A stretch of 64,000 bases of DNA from an uncultured cyanobacterium (GTDB lineage: Bacteria; Cyanobacteriota; Cyanobacteriia; Cyanobacteriales; Nostocaceae), in NCBI GenBank assembly GCA_963740315.1, contig CAVUDP010000002.1, positions 3,712,001 through 3,776,000 on the forward strand, in the 5' to 3' direction. The notes beneath the pieces were generated by a model. The model ran no database searches. It worked only from the letters and a program-made list of their open reading frames with translations, and was not told the origin of the DNA. This document shows positions 38,718-48,870 of this stretch, piece after piece (the stretch's first letter is position 1; each line of letters starts with the position of its first letter). The position numbers and the translations under genes are program-made.

Positions 38718-41348
38718 CTAAAACATAACTTGAAAAAATACGACAATGAACCCTATCATTAAAAATATATGAGGTAAGTTACTTAGTAGTGGACGTTTGG
38801 TAATTTTGACTAAAGGATAAATGCTGAAAATGAGTATAGATAGCAGAGTTACGCCTTGAAGGAAAGCTGCTACATCCATACTCCAAGTCAAGGTAGGTAA
38901 ACCTGCACCACTATATCCAAAGCTACGAGCAAATACCGGGAGAATTTTTCCTGCTTCTGTAATCGCCGAGGGGATATAGTAAGCTAAATTTGCCCCCAGA
39001 GTCATGGGCAAGTAAGCGTAGATTACAGTGAGATAATCTGGCATTTTATTGTCAATAATTCGGGCAATTTGGTGAGTAAAATAAGTAGCAATAAAAGGAA
39101 TACTTAATAATATTGTCACCACGGGTATAGCAGTTAGTAAATGTTCAGAATCAAGGAGAATATCCCCAAACCCAAACCAAGTTAAAATTCGGTGGGAATA
39201 GTGCATAAACACTCCACCGAAAAGCAGCAACATTAAAGCAACTTCTGCCCAGAAACCTTGATGATTTTCTAATAAATCAGTGGCAGGAAAACGCAAATTA
39301 AGCTGTACAGAACGATTGGGGCAAGCTTTTAAACAAGTCATGCATAAAACACAATCCCGATTATCTTTTAATTGAGCGGGATGGGAGTAAAGGGGACATC
39401 CTGATGTAGCTTGTCCTTCTGTAGAAAGAGCATCGGCAAAGTTTACTGGGTTAGCATCACTACCTTTGTAGCAAGCAAATACACTGCATTGACTGCCACA
39501 CACTTGCTGAGTTGAACGCAATTCCACCATCGATAGTTTGGCAAACATCCCATTCATACCCCCGATGGGACAAAGATAGCGACACCACAGACGACGCTCA
39601 TAAATTATGCTACCAATTACTGCTCCAGCAGCGATAATTAGTAATAACGAGGCGGAAAGATAAGGGGTATGGGGTAAATCCCAGAGTTTTTCCCATAGGT
39701 AAATGGCGACAAAACCAGCCCAAAGTAACCAAGCACCCCATTTGTTTAACCATTTTGTCGGCCAAGGTAATAATTTTCGAGGGAAAATCCACAAGGATAT
39801 CTTTCGCAACCATTCCCCGGTAATCATAAACGGACAGACAGCACACCATAGGCGACCTGCAATCGGAAATAATAACAGGTAAAAGGGCCACCACCATGCC
39901 CAAAAGAAATTTAGAGTTATGCTGGTATCCCTGGTTTGGGGTCCAATATAGCCCATAATAGTCACAGGGATAAAAATCACCATCATCAGTATCCAGAAGC
40001 GTTCGGGCCACCATTTACTCAAGAGAAACCGGCGTAACCAGGGTATTTGATTGAGTAAATCTACACGAAAGGCATTTTTTTTCGATTCCACCGACCATAA
40101 TACTTGCTCTGGAATTACTGACTGTTCGGTGGGTGTCATGGCGACAGCGCGTTTGATAATCCCTTCGAGTTCTACCAAATTTGCTGGGTAATCGTAACTT
40201 ATCAAGCGACGGATATCGGCTTGATTGAGTTCTAAAATACTTCGTCCTCGTTGCCGACAAAATTTCTTTAAAAAATAGGTAGCAAAATCTGGGATATCCT
40301 GTTTGCGTTGAGGAAGGGAAAATAACTTGATTTGATGGGCTTCTACGTCATTCAAACTAATCTTACTGTGACTAGCGAGGATTAAACGTACCCAAGAAGA
40401 AAGAGGAGGTGAATTTTCTACGTTGGTTTTTAATTTACCTGTTTTAAGGTAATCAATCAGGCGTTCGCGTTCTGTTTTCTGCAATAATTGAACGTTATCA
40501 ATCAACAATGTACCTCTTTCCAAAAGTTCAATTACACCCGGTTGGTCTGGTTTCCCAAATATGCTATCTGTATTAATTAAACCCGCTTCATCACGGGGTA
40601 ACTGAGCTAGATCAATTTCTGCAAAGGGGCGATTATGTAATCCCGAACTTGCATGAATTAACCCAGCAATAAAAGTTTTACCACTACCATGTGGAGCTTG
40701 TAAAATTATAGGCTTTAAATCAGTCACTACTTGCTTAAGTTGCTGTTGCAGTTTTTGACTTGCTTTACTCTCACCAATGATTGACTCGGCAATTGGTACA
40801 GGCTGAATATAACTTTGCAACCCTTGAATTCTAGCTTGTTCTTTAGATAGACGTTGAGCAAAATTAGCTAAGTCTTGGGCAAGAAAATTATTGATTGCAC
40901 TTTGAATCTGGGGATAATTGTCCTGGAGTTGAAGAAAATCATCCCGTCCCAGAAACCAAATCTCGCTTTTAGAAAGAGCCACAGCACCAGCACGATAGGT
41001 AGCATTTACCTGTTGCTCTACTAATGGTACGTAGCCAAAAACATCACCTGCATTACGATAAGTGATGTGGGTTTTACCTACAAGGGATTGGCGATAAATC
41101 TCCACCGAACCCCATTTGAGTAGATACAAACCTACTGGTTTTAAATCTTGCCGATAAATTTCGGTATTTGCTTCTACTTTGAGAATTTGCAAACGTTTGG
41201 CGATCGCATTAATCACCTCTTGGCTCAACTGTCCCCAAATACGATGGAAACTTAGCCAATCGACACATTCTAAAACCGCTTGTTCGTCAATTTTTAACTC
41301 CCCATCAATTGCGGGTTGTAGAGGTAGTAGTTGCACTTGACTGGTCAT
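38718..41348 (-). CDS. cNMP-binding / sigma54-like AAA / 4Fe-4S membrane protein
   Basis: Crp-like N-terminus (GDVFG), AAA with GSGKT and YDYPAN, TM helices with CAVCP, CRYLCP and CVLCMTCLKACP. Confidence 0.85.
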   Translation of the reverse strand: MTSQVQLLPLQPAIDGELKIDEQAVLECVDWLSFHRIWGQLSQEVINAIAKRLQILKVEANTEIYRQDLKPVGLYLLKWGSVEIYRQSLVGKTHITYRNAGDVFGYVPLVEQQVNATYRAGAVALSKSEIWFLGRDDFLQLQDNYPQIQSAINNFLAQDLANFAQRLSKEQARIQGLQSYIQPVPIAESIIGESKASQKLQQQLKQVVTDLKPIILQAPHGSGKTFIAGLIHASSGLHNRPFAEIDLAQLPRDEAGLINTDSIFGKPDQPGVIELLERGTLLIDNVQLLQKTERERLIDYLKTGKLKTNVENSPPLSSWVRLILASHSKISLNDVEAHQIKLFSLPQRKQDIPDFATYFLKKFCRQRGRSILELNQADIRRLISYDYPANLVELEGIIKRAVAMTPTEQSVIPEQVLWSVESKKNAFRVDLLNQIPWLRRFLLSKWWPERFWILMMVIFIPVTIMGYIGPQTRDTSITLNFFWAWWWPFYLLLFPIAGRLWCAVCPFMITGEWLRKISLWIFPRKLLPWPTKWLNKWGAWLLWAGFVAIYLWEKLWDLPHTPYLSASLLLIIAAGAVIGSIIYERRLWCRYLCPIGGMNGMFAKLSMVELRSTQQVCGSQCSVFACYKGSDANPVNFADALSTEGQATSGCPLYSHPAQLKDNRDCVLCMTCLKACPNRSVQLNLRFPATDLLENHQGFWAEVALMLLLFGGVFMHYSHRILTWFGFGDILLDSEHLLTAIPVVTILLSIPFIATYFTHQIARIIDNKMPDYLTVIYAYLPMTLGANLAYYIPSAITEAGKILPVFARSFGYSGAGLPTLTWSMDVAAFLQGVTLLSILIFSIYPLVKITKRPLLSNLPHIFLMIGFIVVFFQVMF

Positions 41349-41375
41349 GATTACTATATTTCTGTGTAAGGAGTA

Positions 41376-41864
41376 TTATGAATTATCTTGACTGGCTGCT
41401 TTCCAGCCATTCATACTGGGTGGAAAACCTTGCACGTTGTCATAGCCGAGCAAGTGTAAAGACATGACTGCCATTGCAGAACGATAACCAGAGGAGCAGT
41501 AAACTACTACAGGTTGTTTTTTGGGAATTTTATCTAAGTTCTGAGCCAATGTCCGCAGGGGAATATTTATAGCGTCATCAATATGACCAGATGCATACTC
41601 AGAAGGCTCTCTCACATCCACTAAAAAAATATTATCTTGTTTGAGCAAACGTTTTAACCCTTCCACTTTTCCGACGGTGTAATAGTTTCCTGGGATGGAT
41701 TTAAGATAATCATCCACTGCTGTTTTCATGTTATTAACCTCTGAATTAGATACTATTGGGATGGGGGATGCTAAGGCTGACGAGTCATAGCCAAGACCCG
41801 AAAATGCATAAATAAATACACAAAATACTAGTAGATTTACAGTTAAAAAATGACCGATTTTCAT
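41376..41864 (-). CDS. Exported rhodanese-domain protein
   Basis: Signal peptide, VDVREPSEY..GHI and YCSSGYRS. Confidence 0.9.
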   Translation of the reverse strand: MKIGHFLTVNLLVFCVFIYAFSGLGYDSSALASPIPIVSNSEVNNMKTAVDDYLKSIPGNYYTVGKVEGLKRLLKQDNIFLVDVREPSEYASGHIDDAINIPLRTLAQNLDKIPKKQPVVVYCSSGYRSAMAVMSLHLLGYDNVQGFPPSMNGWKAASQDNS

Positions 41865-42044
41865 GAGTAATTATTTCTTGATAGTAATGAGTGAAGCCGT
41901 TAAATAACAACAAAATACAGTAGGAATACTATAATGAATTGATATTTGCGGGCTATTATTTGTAATCCGCTTACTCTAAACACAGCATTAGGTGTTTATT
42001 GGATAACTTTTGGCTTTCCTGCATTCTTAATCTAAAAAAATATG

Positions 42045-42062
42045 TTGAGGAACTTGTGAGGA
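42045..42062 (-). promoter_or_regulatory. Direct-repeat regulator box upstream of the rhodanese / FeS-protein genes
   Basis: TCCTCACAAGTTCCTCAA, 10 nt, then TAGATT. Confidence 0.8.
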
Positions 42063-42179
42063 AATCAAAATTTTACCTAAAAGCTATATTGAAGAACTAT
42101 TCTAGATAAGATTTGTATGACTTATTGATACACGGTTCCTAAACTCGAAAATTACGTTCTACCATCCTTACAGTGCTAA

Positions 42180-42767
42180 TTATGGTTTCACAGCCAGTAA
42201 TTGCACGACAGCACTATGTCCCTGATGAAACAGTCCTTCTTGAATTTCCCGCTCAACTTCTGTAGCGTGTTTAAACTCTAACCCATCAAGTTCTTCCTGG
42301 AGGGTTGTCAGTTCCATCATCAAATCGGCATTGGGTGGACCTCCTGTTTTGAATTCTAGTTGACGGGGTGTATAAGCCTCCAGCACAAATACACCACCGG
42401 AACGCAATCCAGAAACCACTTGTCGATGGATATTAGCACGCAGGTTCGGTGGTAAGTGACAGAAAATAGAAATAATCGCATCCCAGGAATTCGGTTGAAT
42501 TATAAAATCAGCCAAATCTGCTACGATGGTTTCTATCTCTACAGAACGCTCTGCTGCCAATTTCTGGGCTTTCTTTAAGCCAACAGGAGATGCATCAACA
42601 GCCGTCACTCGGCACCCTTGCTGTGCTAGATAAACAGCATTTCTGCCTTCCCCTTCGGCTAAACAAAGCACAAGGTCTTTGGGAATATGTTGAATAACTT
42701 CTACTAGAAATTCGTTGGGATTTTTGCCGAAGGCATATTCAGTTTGGCTATATCGCTCATTCCACAT
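42180..42767 (-). CDS. Class I SAM methyltransferase (TehB-like)
   Basis: MWNERY and LCLAEGEGRNAVYLA. Confidence 0.88.
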   Translation of the reverse strand: MWNERYSQTEYAFGKNPNEFLVEVIQHIPKDLVLCLAEGEGRNAVYLAQQGCRVTAVDASPVGLKKAQKLAAERSVEIETIVADLADFIIQPNSWDAIISIFCHLPPNLRANIHRQVVSGLRSGGVFVLEAYTPRQLEFKTGGPPNADLMMELTTLQEELDGLEFKHATEVEREIQEGLFHQGHSAVVQLLAVKP

Positions 42768-42803
42768 AATTGATCAAACCTCTTGGTATGCAAGAAAATC
42801 ACA

Positions 42804-43325
42804 TTACTCATTATGAACAATTGTTTGCCATTCCAACAAAACTTCTGGAGGAATTTTTAAGTCTACAATTTGATTATCTTTCATCGCTAAAGAAAGATTA
42901 ATTGATGTTGATGTTGGTAACTTATTTAAGATATTTTTGATATCATATTGACCAACATTCGCAGATGGTGCTTGCTGTGCAAATATATCCTTTGCATTGA
43001 AATTTTTACCCGTTGTTGTGTTAATTTTTAAAGGTTTTGGATGGGCAAAATCAGCAGTACCAGGAAAAGCGACTAAACGTAAATTAATACTAAGAGAATC
43101 ATCTGCTTTCATCCGTTTAAACAACACCACCTGCCAAGCATTTCCCCGCTCATCTCTTAACTTATGTCTCGATTGATAAAGCATTTGACCTGGGGCTTCT
43201 TCAATGGTGCTGATTGTAGCTACAGCAGGTGGAGGATTAAAAATTCCTAATCCTAGCAAAATGAATAGAAGAGTGGCTCCCAATAACGATAACCACGAGA
43301 AAAATTGTCGAATTTTGCACCACAT
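42804..43325 (-). CDS. DUF3122-like exported protein
   Basis: Signal peptide; SRHKLRD..G.AWQVV.FKR..LRLV.FPG...HP.PL. Confidence 0.7.
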   Translation of the reverse strand: MWCKIRQFFSWLSLLGATLLFILLGLGIFNPPPAVATISTIEEAPGQMLYQSRHKLRDERGNAWQVVLFKRMKADDSLSINLRLVAFPGTADFAHPKPLKINTTTGKNFNAKDIFAQQAPSANVGQYDIKNILNKLPTSTSINLSLAMKDNQIVDLKIPPEVLLEWQTIVHNE

Positions 43326-43390
43326 TAGATGTTACCTTATTGTTTGATACTTTTATTGGCAATTAACATCAGTAATAAATTAATTTCCAC

Positions 43391-45025
43391 CGAAAAATCT
43401 TGTCGTGGGATGCTGCGTCTCTTTAGAGCGCAGAGGAACACGCACGGCGAATTTATATGACCTTGCGGTCACGCTCCGCTAACGCCATCAATAACCATAT
43501 GAGTACCCATCGACGGAGTGGAGTTTTTGACAATATTTTGAGCTAACATCAATACGCTTTTCATACTGTTTTGTTTTCAGCATAAAACTTCCTCTCGCTC
43601 TGACGGCTATTCGACCTACATAAGTACCTACATACTTTCCTTTTTCTACGACAGCCTTGACGATATCTCCCGTCCGGAAGCCCTTCACCGCGAGATTTTT
43701 ATCCTTTGCTTTGCCTTTCGGGAAGCCAAACTTGTCAACATTTTGATATTGCCTGTTTCCGTGACCCGTGCATTTGATCATGAGAGGTTGCGTCGCATAG
43801 AAAATCAAATTTTCTACGTCTCCGACGCAAGCAGCATCGATATGGTGGTCTTTCGGCAATTCCAGTCTGCAACGGTTGTACTTTGTTTGCGCCCCCGTAC
43901 CTGTCGTCGTCGGAAGTAAGTTCGACGAAACCTCTACTAATTTCTTGCGAGTAGAATTGACTGCCGCCGCGTCTTTGAGAGGTTGTTTTGCAGCGGCTTT
44001 GATTTTTTTCAAAACTTCTGGCTTTTTCTTCAAAAACTCTTCTACTGGCTTGCTGCCTTTTTTCTGATTGCAACATTCGCAAGCTAAAGTCAAGTTGCTA
44101 ACCCTGTCGCTCCCTCCGCGAGCTTTTGGAACAATATGCTCTACTTGCAGCGGTACATTTTTCTTCCCGCAATAAGCACATTCTCGCCCCCACTTTTCTA
44201 AGAGATACTCTCGAACATTGTATCCCTGAAGCTCACCCTGCTGGTACTGCACGCCGCTAATCTCAGAGTTTTGCATCAACTGCAAATCAAACTTGACTTG
44301 CTCGATCCATATTTCTACTACCGGACAAAACCGCATCAAGCGCTTGACCCAAGTTTCGGTTGTTTGTACTCGGTGCATAAGAGATGGAGGCAACCAGCCT
44401 TCTTTTCTACGACGGTTGTTGTATCTAGCCGCTCTATAGGGTGTTTTGCGACTTCTACGACTTCTACGACTCTGCGAGCGAGACTCTATAGAATCTTTTA
44501 TAACTTGTCCTCTATGTTCTATTTGAGCAACCCATATAACTACATCGCCTGATAACAAAGCCAATCCGGTGAACTTGCTGCCGGGATCGATTTTCAAAGT
44601 AAGCGGAAATATTTGTGGGTCTTCTATTTCCCGTTTGAGTATCAAGGTAAAAGGGTAGCGCCGCAACACCGCAGCTTTTCCTTTTTCCAATAGCTTTCGG
44701 GCTTGTCGTGGAGTGATCGGGTTGAGCGCTTTTCTATTCGTATCTAGTAAAAATACTTGCGAAGGTTTGTTGGGTTGCATAACTAAATGCCTCTAAAAGT
44801 AATGTTTGCTTCATCAAAGTTCAGTTGGTCGCGCATCTTCAAAACACCGGCTTAACCCCTTAAGCCTTTTAATCAAGAAGTCTCAGATCAGGGGGCTAGC
44901 GAACCCGCAGGGTGAGTACTTGAGCGATCCATCCGAACGTAGTAACAGCTAATGGAACTGTTTCCTAAGACTGGTCAACGGAAGAGCTTTCAACTAAAAG
45001 CTGGAAGCTCCCGGGGGTCGTTGAC
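43391..45025 (-). mobile_element. Non-autonomous IS200/IS605-superfamily IscB (OMEGA) element
   Basis: 5' end GTCAAC, iscB, and 3' subterminal hairpin CTGCGCTC-TAAA-GAGACGCAG; no tnpA; visibly GC-richer than the flanks. Confidence 0.8.
43488..44780 (-). CDS. iscB: RNA-guided endonuclease IscB
   Basis: PLMP-like N-terminus (ALNP..ARKLL), RuvC-I IDPGSK, Arg-rich bridge helix, RuvC-II IEQVKFD, HNH EHIVP..N..N, RuvC-III HHIDAAC. Confidence 0.95.
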   Translation of the reverse strand: MQPNKPSQVFLLDTNRKALNPITPRQARKLLEKGKAAVLRRYPFTLILKREIEDPQIFPLTLKIDPGSKFTGLALLSGDVVIWVAQIEHRGQVIKDSIESRSQSRRSRRSRKTPYRAARYNNRRRKEGWLPPSLMHRVQTTETWVKRLMRFCPVVEIWIEQVKFDLQLMQNSEISGVQYQQGELQGYNVREYLLEKWGRECAYCGKKNVPLQVEHIVPKARGGSDRVSNLTLACECCNQKKGSKPVEEFLKKKPEVLKKIKAAAKQPLKDAAAVNSTRKKLVEVSSNLLPTTTGTGAQTKYNRCRLELPKDHHIDAACVGDVENLIFYATQPLMIKCTGHGNRQYQNVDKFGFPKGKAKDKNLAVKGFRTGDIVKAVVEKGKYVGTYVGRIAVRARGSFMLKTKQYEKRIDVSSKYCQKLHSVDGYSYGY

Positions 45026-45045
45026 TATTCTCTAAAGCTTGTTTC
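44790..45045 (-). ncRNA. IscB omegaRNA (scaffold from 45025; 5' guide ~45026-45045)
   Basis: GTCAAC...GTTGACCAG...CTACGTT scaffold pattern directly upstream of iscB. Confidence 0.75.
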
Positions 45046-45620
45046 AATCCATCAGGAATAAAAACTGCATACATTCCCCGTAAATCTCCGACATTAAAAT
45101 CAAAAGCAAGGTCTTGAGGATATTTATCTTGGACAAACTGAGGACGAGCATTTTTTCTACCATGACAAGCAAGACAACTTGCCTCAACATTGATACGGCG
45201 ATAATAGCGAATACCATCTTGTCCGTTGAATTTTTCTTGTTCCCAAAAGCCAATTAATTCGGGATTTTGCTCAAACTTAGCTAGTGCCATTTGGGAATGC
45301 AAATTATCGGGAGCATGAGCCGGATTGCGGTATTTTTTGGCAATTTGTTTGACTTGCCAGCCATTTTCTTGACTCAGTTGTTTCGCTCTCATCCCCACTG
45401 GTTTACAAACTTCTTTAAAAGTCTGTATTGTCGGTTCTTGTTTTTGAGTTTCTAAAGTAGAAGCCAAACCAGAACGCATCTCATCTAAAAATTCAATTTC
45501 TTGCACTGAAGCAGCTAATTGTGCCGGTTCAATTTCAGCCTTGGCAATAGATGGCTTGTAAATTAAAAATACTGCAAAAATTAACACTACAATGATAGCT
45601 CTAGGCAATATTTTAAACAT
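44994..45620 (-). CDS. Tll0287-like (DUF3365) exported c-type heme protein; C-terminus supplied by the IS end
   Basis: Signal peptide, VCKPVG, YRNP, CLACH heme motif and GDLRG; adjacent to sqr. Confidence 0.85.
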   Translation of the reverse strand: MFKILPRAIIVVLIFAVFLIYKPSIAKAEIEPAQLAASVQEIEFLDEMRSGLASTLETQKQEPTIQTFKEVCKPVGMRAKQLSQENGWQVKQIAKKYRNPAHAPDNLHSQMALAKFEQNPELIGFWEQEKFNGQDGIRYYRRINVEASCLACHGRKNARPQFVQDKYPQDLAFDFNVGDLRGMYAVFIPDGLKQALENSQRPPGASSF

Positions 45621-45664
45621 GGTTCTCTTCCCCGAAAATTATAAAAATGATGCGAAGAAATTAT

Positions 45665-46987
45665 TTAATTCTTATCAGTCATTGTCGCTAACTGTGAATT
45701 AACTTGAACTACTTCTAACTCTGCTATCGGTTCCACCAAAGATAAACCCAAAATCCTTAAACCCCAACGCTCAAACCAAGGTACAGCTATCCCCAACCGC
45801 ATTTTAGTTAAGAAAAATTTCTCAAACGCTATCTTAATCCAACTTACCCAACGTCCCCGTTTAGCTACAGAAATACGCCGTTTTCCTGTTACAGAATCAG
45901 GTAATACAGGAGCAGAAACAAAAATAATACCCGTATCGCCAAAATCTGCCATACAAATTGCTTCCAATGTGGGTGTTACTGGTGCTGTTTTTATTACTCC
46001 CAATTCCCTAGCAATATTATGAGCCACAGCCATTCCCATCACTTCTGCCATTTGCCCAGTTTTCGGTACACCAATAGGTATGGGTGTCTTTTCCGGTGGA
46101 GTTAACTGCACCACCACACCCAAGCTGTAAATTGAAGGAAAATCTGGATGTTGATATGTGGGTAAAATCGGCACAAACCCTTTCTCATCAGTCAATCCTG
46201 TTGTTGACTGCAAAAATGTCGCACCCCGAAAAGATGGCAGTACCATTGAGTATTTAAAGGGTAAATTACGACCATCTACCAAGGTAATATTTTGGGGATG
46301 AATCTCAGTTATTTCCGCGCCTTCAATCAATTCAATATTTCGCTGCTGTAGCATTTGAGCCACCAATTCCCCTGAGTTTGCCATCCCCCCAATGCCTAAA
46401 TGACCAGCATAGGGTTCTGGTGTAACTACAGTAATCGGTACTTTATGACGCAAACCCCGTCTTCGCAGCACATAATCTGCCAGCAAAGCAAACTCATACA
46501 GAGGACCAAAACAACTTGCTTTCGGTACTGCTCCCACCACTATAGGTCCCGGATTATCTAGGAACTTTCGCCATGCTTCCCGTGCCAATACAGCATGATG
46601 GGGATTACATACAGATTGGGTATAACCTTTCTCTGGTCCCAAACCCGTTACTGCATCCAGCGCTAAAGATGCTCCCGTGGCAATAACAACGTAATCGTAA
46701 TTAAGGGTTTTTCCTGCAACATCAAGGATTTGTGCATCAGGATCGAGGGCTGTCACTTTTCCTTCTATCCAATCGATACCTCGTCCTAAAAGCAGATTTT
46801 TAATATCTAGTTGAATATTTTCTAGGGGGGTTAAATCAAAGGCTACCCAAGGTAGGGAAGGAATAAAGGTAAATTTGGAGCTATCAGAAATCAGCGTGAT
46901 GCGATGGGATTTCGGCAACAAACGCCTCAGTTCGTAAGCTGTTGGTAAACCCCCTATTCCTGCACCCACTATGACAACGTGAACCAT
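45665..46987 (-). CDS. sqr: Sulfide:quinone oxidoreductase (type I-like)
   Basis: GAGIGG, FIPSLPW, SVC, SCFGPLYE, PKTG and ICMADFGD motifs. Confidence 0.92.
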   Translation of the reverse strand: MVHVVIVGAGIGGLPTAYELRRLLPKSHRITLISDSSKFTFIPSLPWVAFDLTPLENIQLDIKNLLLGRGIDWIEGKVTALDPDAQILDVAGKTLNYDYVVIATGASLALDAVTGLGPEKGYTQSVCNPHHAVLAREAWRKFLDNPGPIVVGAVPKASCFGPLYEFALLADYVLRRRGLRHKVPITVVTPEPYAGHLGIGGMANSGELVAQMLQQRNIELIEGAEITEIHPQNITLVDGRNLPFKYSMVLPSFRGATFLQSTTGLTDEKGFVPILPTYQHPDFPSIYSLGVVVQLTPPEKTPIPIGVPKTGQMAEVMGMAVAHNIARELGVIKTAPVTPTLEAICMADFGDTGIIFVSAPVLPDSVTGKRRISVAKRGRWVSWIKIAFEKFFLTKMRLGIAVPWFERWGLRILGLSLVEPIAELEVVQVNSQLATMTDKN

Positions 46988-47090
46988 GCTGATTACTCCG
47001 ATTACTAAAAATGGGCGCAGGAACAAGGAAAATTGCCACCATCAAACTGTGTTCTATACCCACGCCCTTTTTAAGACTTTCTCTTATACC

Positions 47091-47110
47091 ATCTAACCAG
47101 ATAGTAATAT
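47091..47110. promoter_or_regulatory. Putative ArsR operator on the sqr side
   Basis: ATCTAACCA-GA-TAGTAATAT, two mismatches to the consensus. Confidence 0.6.
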
Positions 47111-47163
47111 AATTATATCTTTAATGCAATACAAGTTAACTTTAATTTATTTTTCTAGAACGA

Positions 47164-47192
47164 TTGACTATATTACTAGTTAGTAATATGAT
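47164..47192 (+). promoter_or_regulatory. Promoter of the petC operon with an overlapping palindromic operator
   Basis: TTGACT-17 nt-TATGAT; ATATTACTA-GT-TAGTAATAT at 47170-47189. Confidence 0.8.
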
Positions 47193-47273
47193 AAAGATAT
47201 CAAAAATGTTAACTGAATCAAAACATTCAATAAGGCACTTAACACCTATATCAATATTTGGAGGCGTAAATTC

Positions 47274-47807
47274 ATGTCAGAAAGTCTTCCTTTAGAAAGT
47301 CCGTCAATGTCAAGACGACAATTGCTCAACTTCCTCACAGGTGCAGTTGTCGTCACTACAGCTAGTACGCTGTTGTATCCCGTGGCTAAATTCTTTGTTC
47401 CCCCCACAGAAGCGGGTGAAGGTGGTTCTATCCTTGCTAAGGATATTAACGGAAATCTGATTCCGGCTAGCCAGATTTTGGCTGAACCCCCTGGAACTCG
47501 TGCCTTAGTTGCGGGTTTAGCAGCAGAACCAACTTACCTGACAGTACAGTCAGATGAGACTTTGCATCCTTGGGGAATTACTGATAATTGCACTCATTTG
47601 GGTTGTACTTTTCCTTGGAATCCGAACGACAATCAATTTCAATGTCCCTGTCATGGTTCTCGCTATGATGCTGATGGGAGAGTTGTACGCGGTCCTGCAC
47701 CTCTTCCCTTGAAATTGGTTGGCGTGAAGGTAGAAGGGGGATATATCCGTATTTCTCCTTGGACGGAAATTGACCCCCGGACTGGGGAAAAACCCTGGTG
47801 GGTTTAG
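47274..47807 (+). CDS. petC: Cytochrome b6f Rieske Fe-S subunit paralog
   Basis: Tat motif SRRQLL, CTHLGC, CPCHGS, GPAP and PW...D.RTG..PWW. Confidence 0.92.
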   Translation: MSESLPLESPSMSRRQLLNFLTGAVVVTTASTLLYPVAKFFVPPTEAGEGGSILAKDINGNLIPASQILAEPPGTRALVAGLAAEPTYLTVQSDETLHPWGITDNCTHLGCTFPWNPNDNQFQCPCHGSRYDADGRVVRGPAPLPLKLVGVKVEGGYIRISPWTEIDPRTGEKPWWV

Positions 47808-47965
47808 TAGTAACTAGTACAGTGCGGCGGAATAGGGAATTCTCAATGCTGCTACGTGCAAGCAAGCTAAATAATTACAGATTGCCTTTTCGCAAGGGTT
47901 TATGATGTTTTAACCCAAGTCATATGACTTTGAAATTGAACAGTAATAAATATAAAGGAGAAAAA

Positions 47966-48415
47966 ATGGAAAATATGATTAAGATTAACGAAGAATTAGG
48001 AGTAAAAGGTCAGTTAACCCCAGAGGAGTTACATCTATGGGCTAATACGGGATTTAAATCGGTGTTAAATCTGCGTTCTGCTGATGAAGAAGGTTTCCTT
48101 GCAGATGAACAACAGCACGCTGAAGTCGCAGGACTGCAATATGTTCATACTCCTGTACATCCCACGAAAATCAATCATCAACTGACTAACCAATTAATGC
48201 AGCACATAGACGGGCTGGCAAAACCAACTTTAATTCATTGTAAAAGCGGGATGCGGGCTGGTTTAATTGGGTTGATTTATGTTGCTAGGCGTGAAGGCAT
48301 GACAGCAGCACATGCTTTAGAAACTGGTAAACAACTGGGATTGAATTTTGATGCTCATCCCCAGTTGAAGCAGTTTATCGAAAGCTATATAAGCAATTAT
48401 CAGCAAGCTAGTTGA
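47966..48415 (+). CDS. DUF442/Blh-like PTP-fold sulfurtransferase
   Basis: GFKSVLNLR..DE and HCKSGMRA; AAGGAG SD. Confidence 0.8.
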   Translation: MENMIKINEELGVKGQLTPEELHLWANTGFKSVLNLRSADEEGFLADEQQHAEVAGLQYVHTPVHPTKINHQLTNQLMQHIDGLAKPTLIHCKSGMRAGLIGLIYVARREGMTAAHALETGKQLGLNFDAHPQLKQFIESYISNYQQAS

Positions 48416-48459
48416 TTGTTAATGCTTCTATTTGTATAACTCTACATTAAGAAAGCTAA

Positions 48460-48870
48460 TTGAAAATTTTGCAGAATGAATCAAAAACAACTGATATGGC
48501 ATCTACATCTTCTATTCAACCATTTGTGATTAATATTTCTCCTTCTGAGTTTGCCAACTTACCCGAACCTCTTTTACTGATAGATGTACGTAGCAAATTT
48601 GAGTATGGGATATTTCATGCACCGGCAGCGAGAAACCTGAGTTTACCTCGTCTAATCATGGGAATGATACCGGGTTTACAACGATGGATGTATCCCCAAT
48701 GGTTTCAAGATTTATCCAAAGATGAATCTGTGGCTGTAATTTGTTTAACATCACACCGCAGCCCCATCGCAGCTGAGTATTTGCTCAAAGCTGGTTTTAC
48801 TAGAGTCTTCAATATTAGCGGTGGGATGATGGAGTGGCGACAATTACTTCCTACTTGCAAGGGAAAATAA
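48460..48870 (+). CDS. Rhodanese-domain protein
   Basis: IDVRS..EY, ICLTSHRS and GGMMEW. Confidence 0.85.
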   Translation: MKILQNESKTTDMASTSSIQPFVINISPSEFANLPEPLLLIDVRSKFEYGIFHAPAARNLSLPRLIMGMIPGLQRWMYPQWFQDLSKDESVAVICLTSHRSPIAAEYLLKAGFTRVFNISGGMMEWRQLLPTCKGK

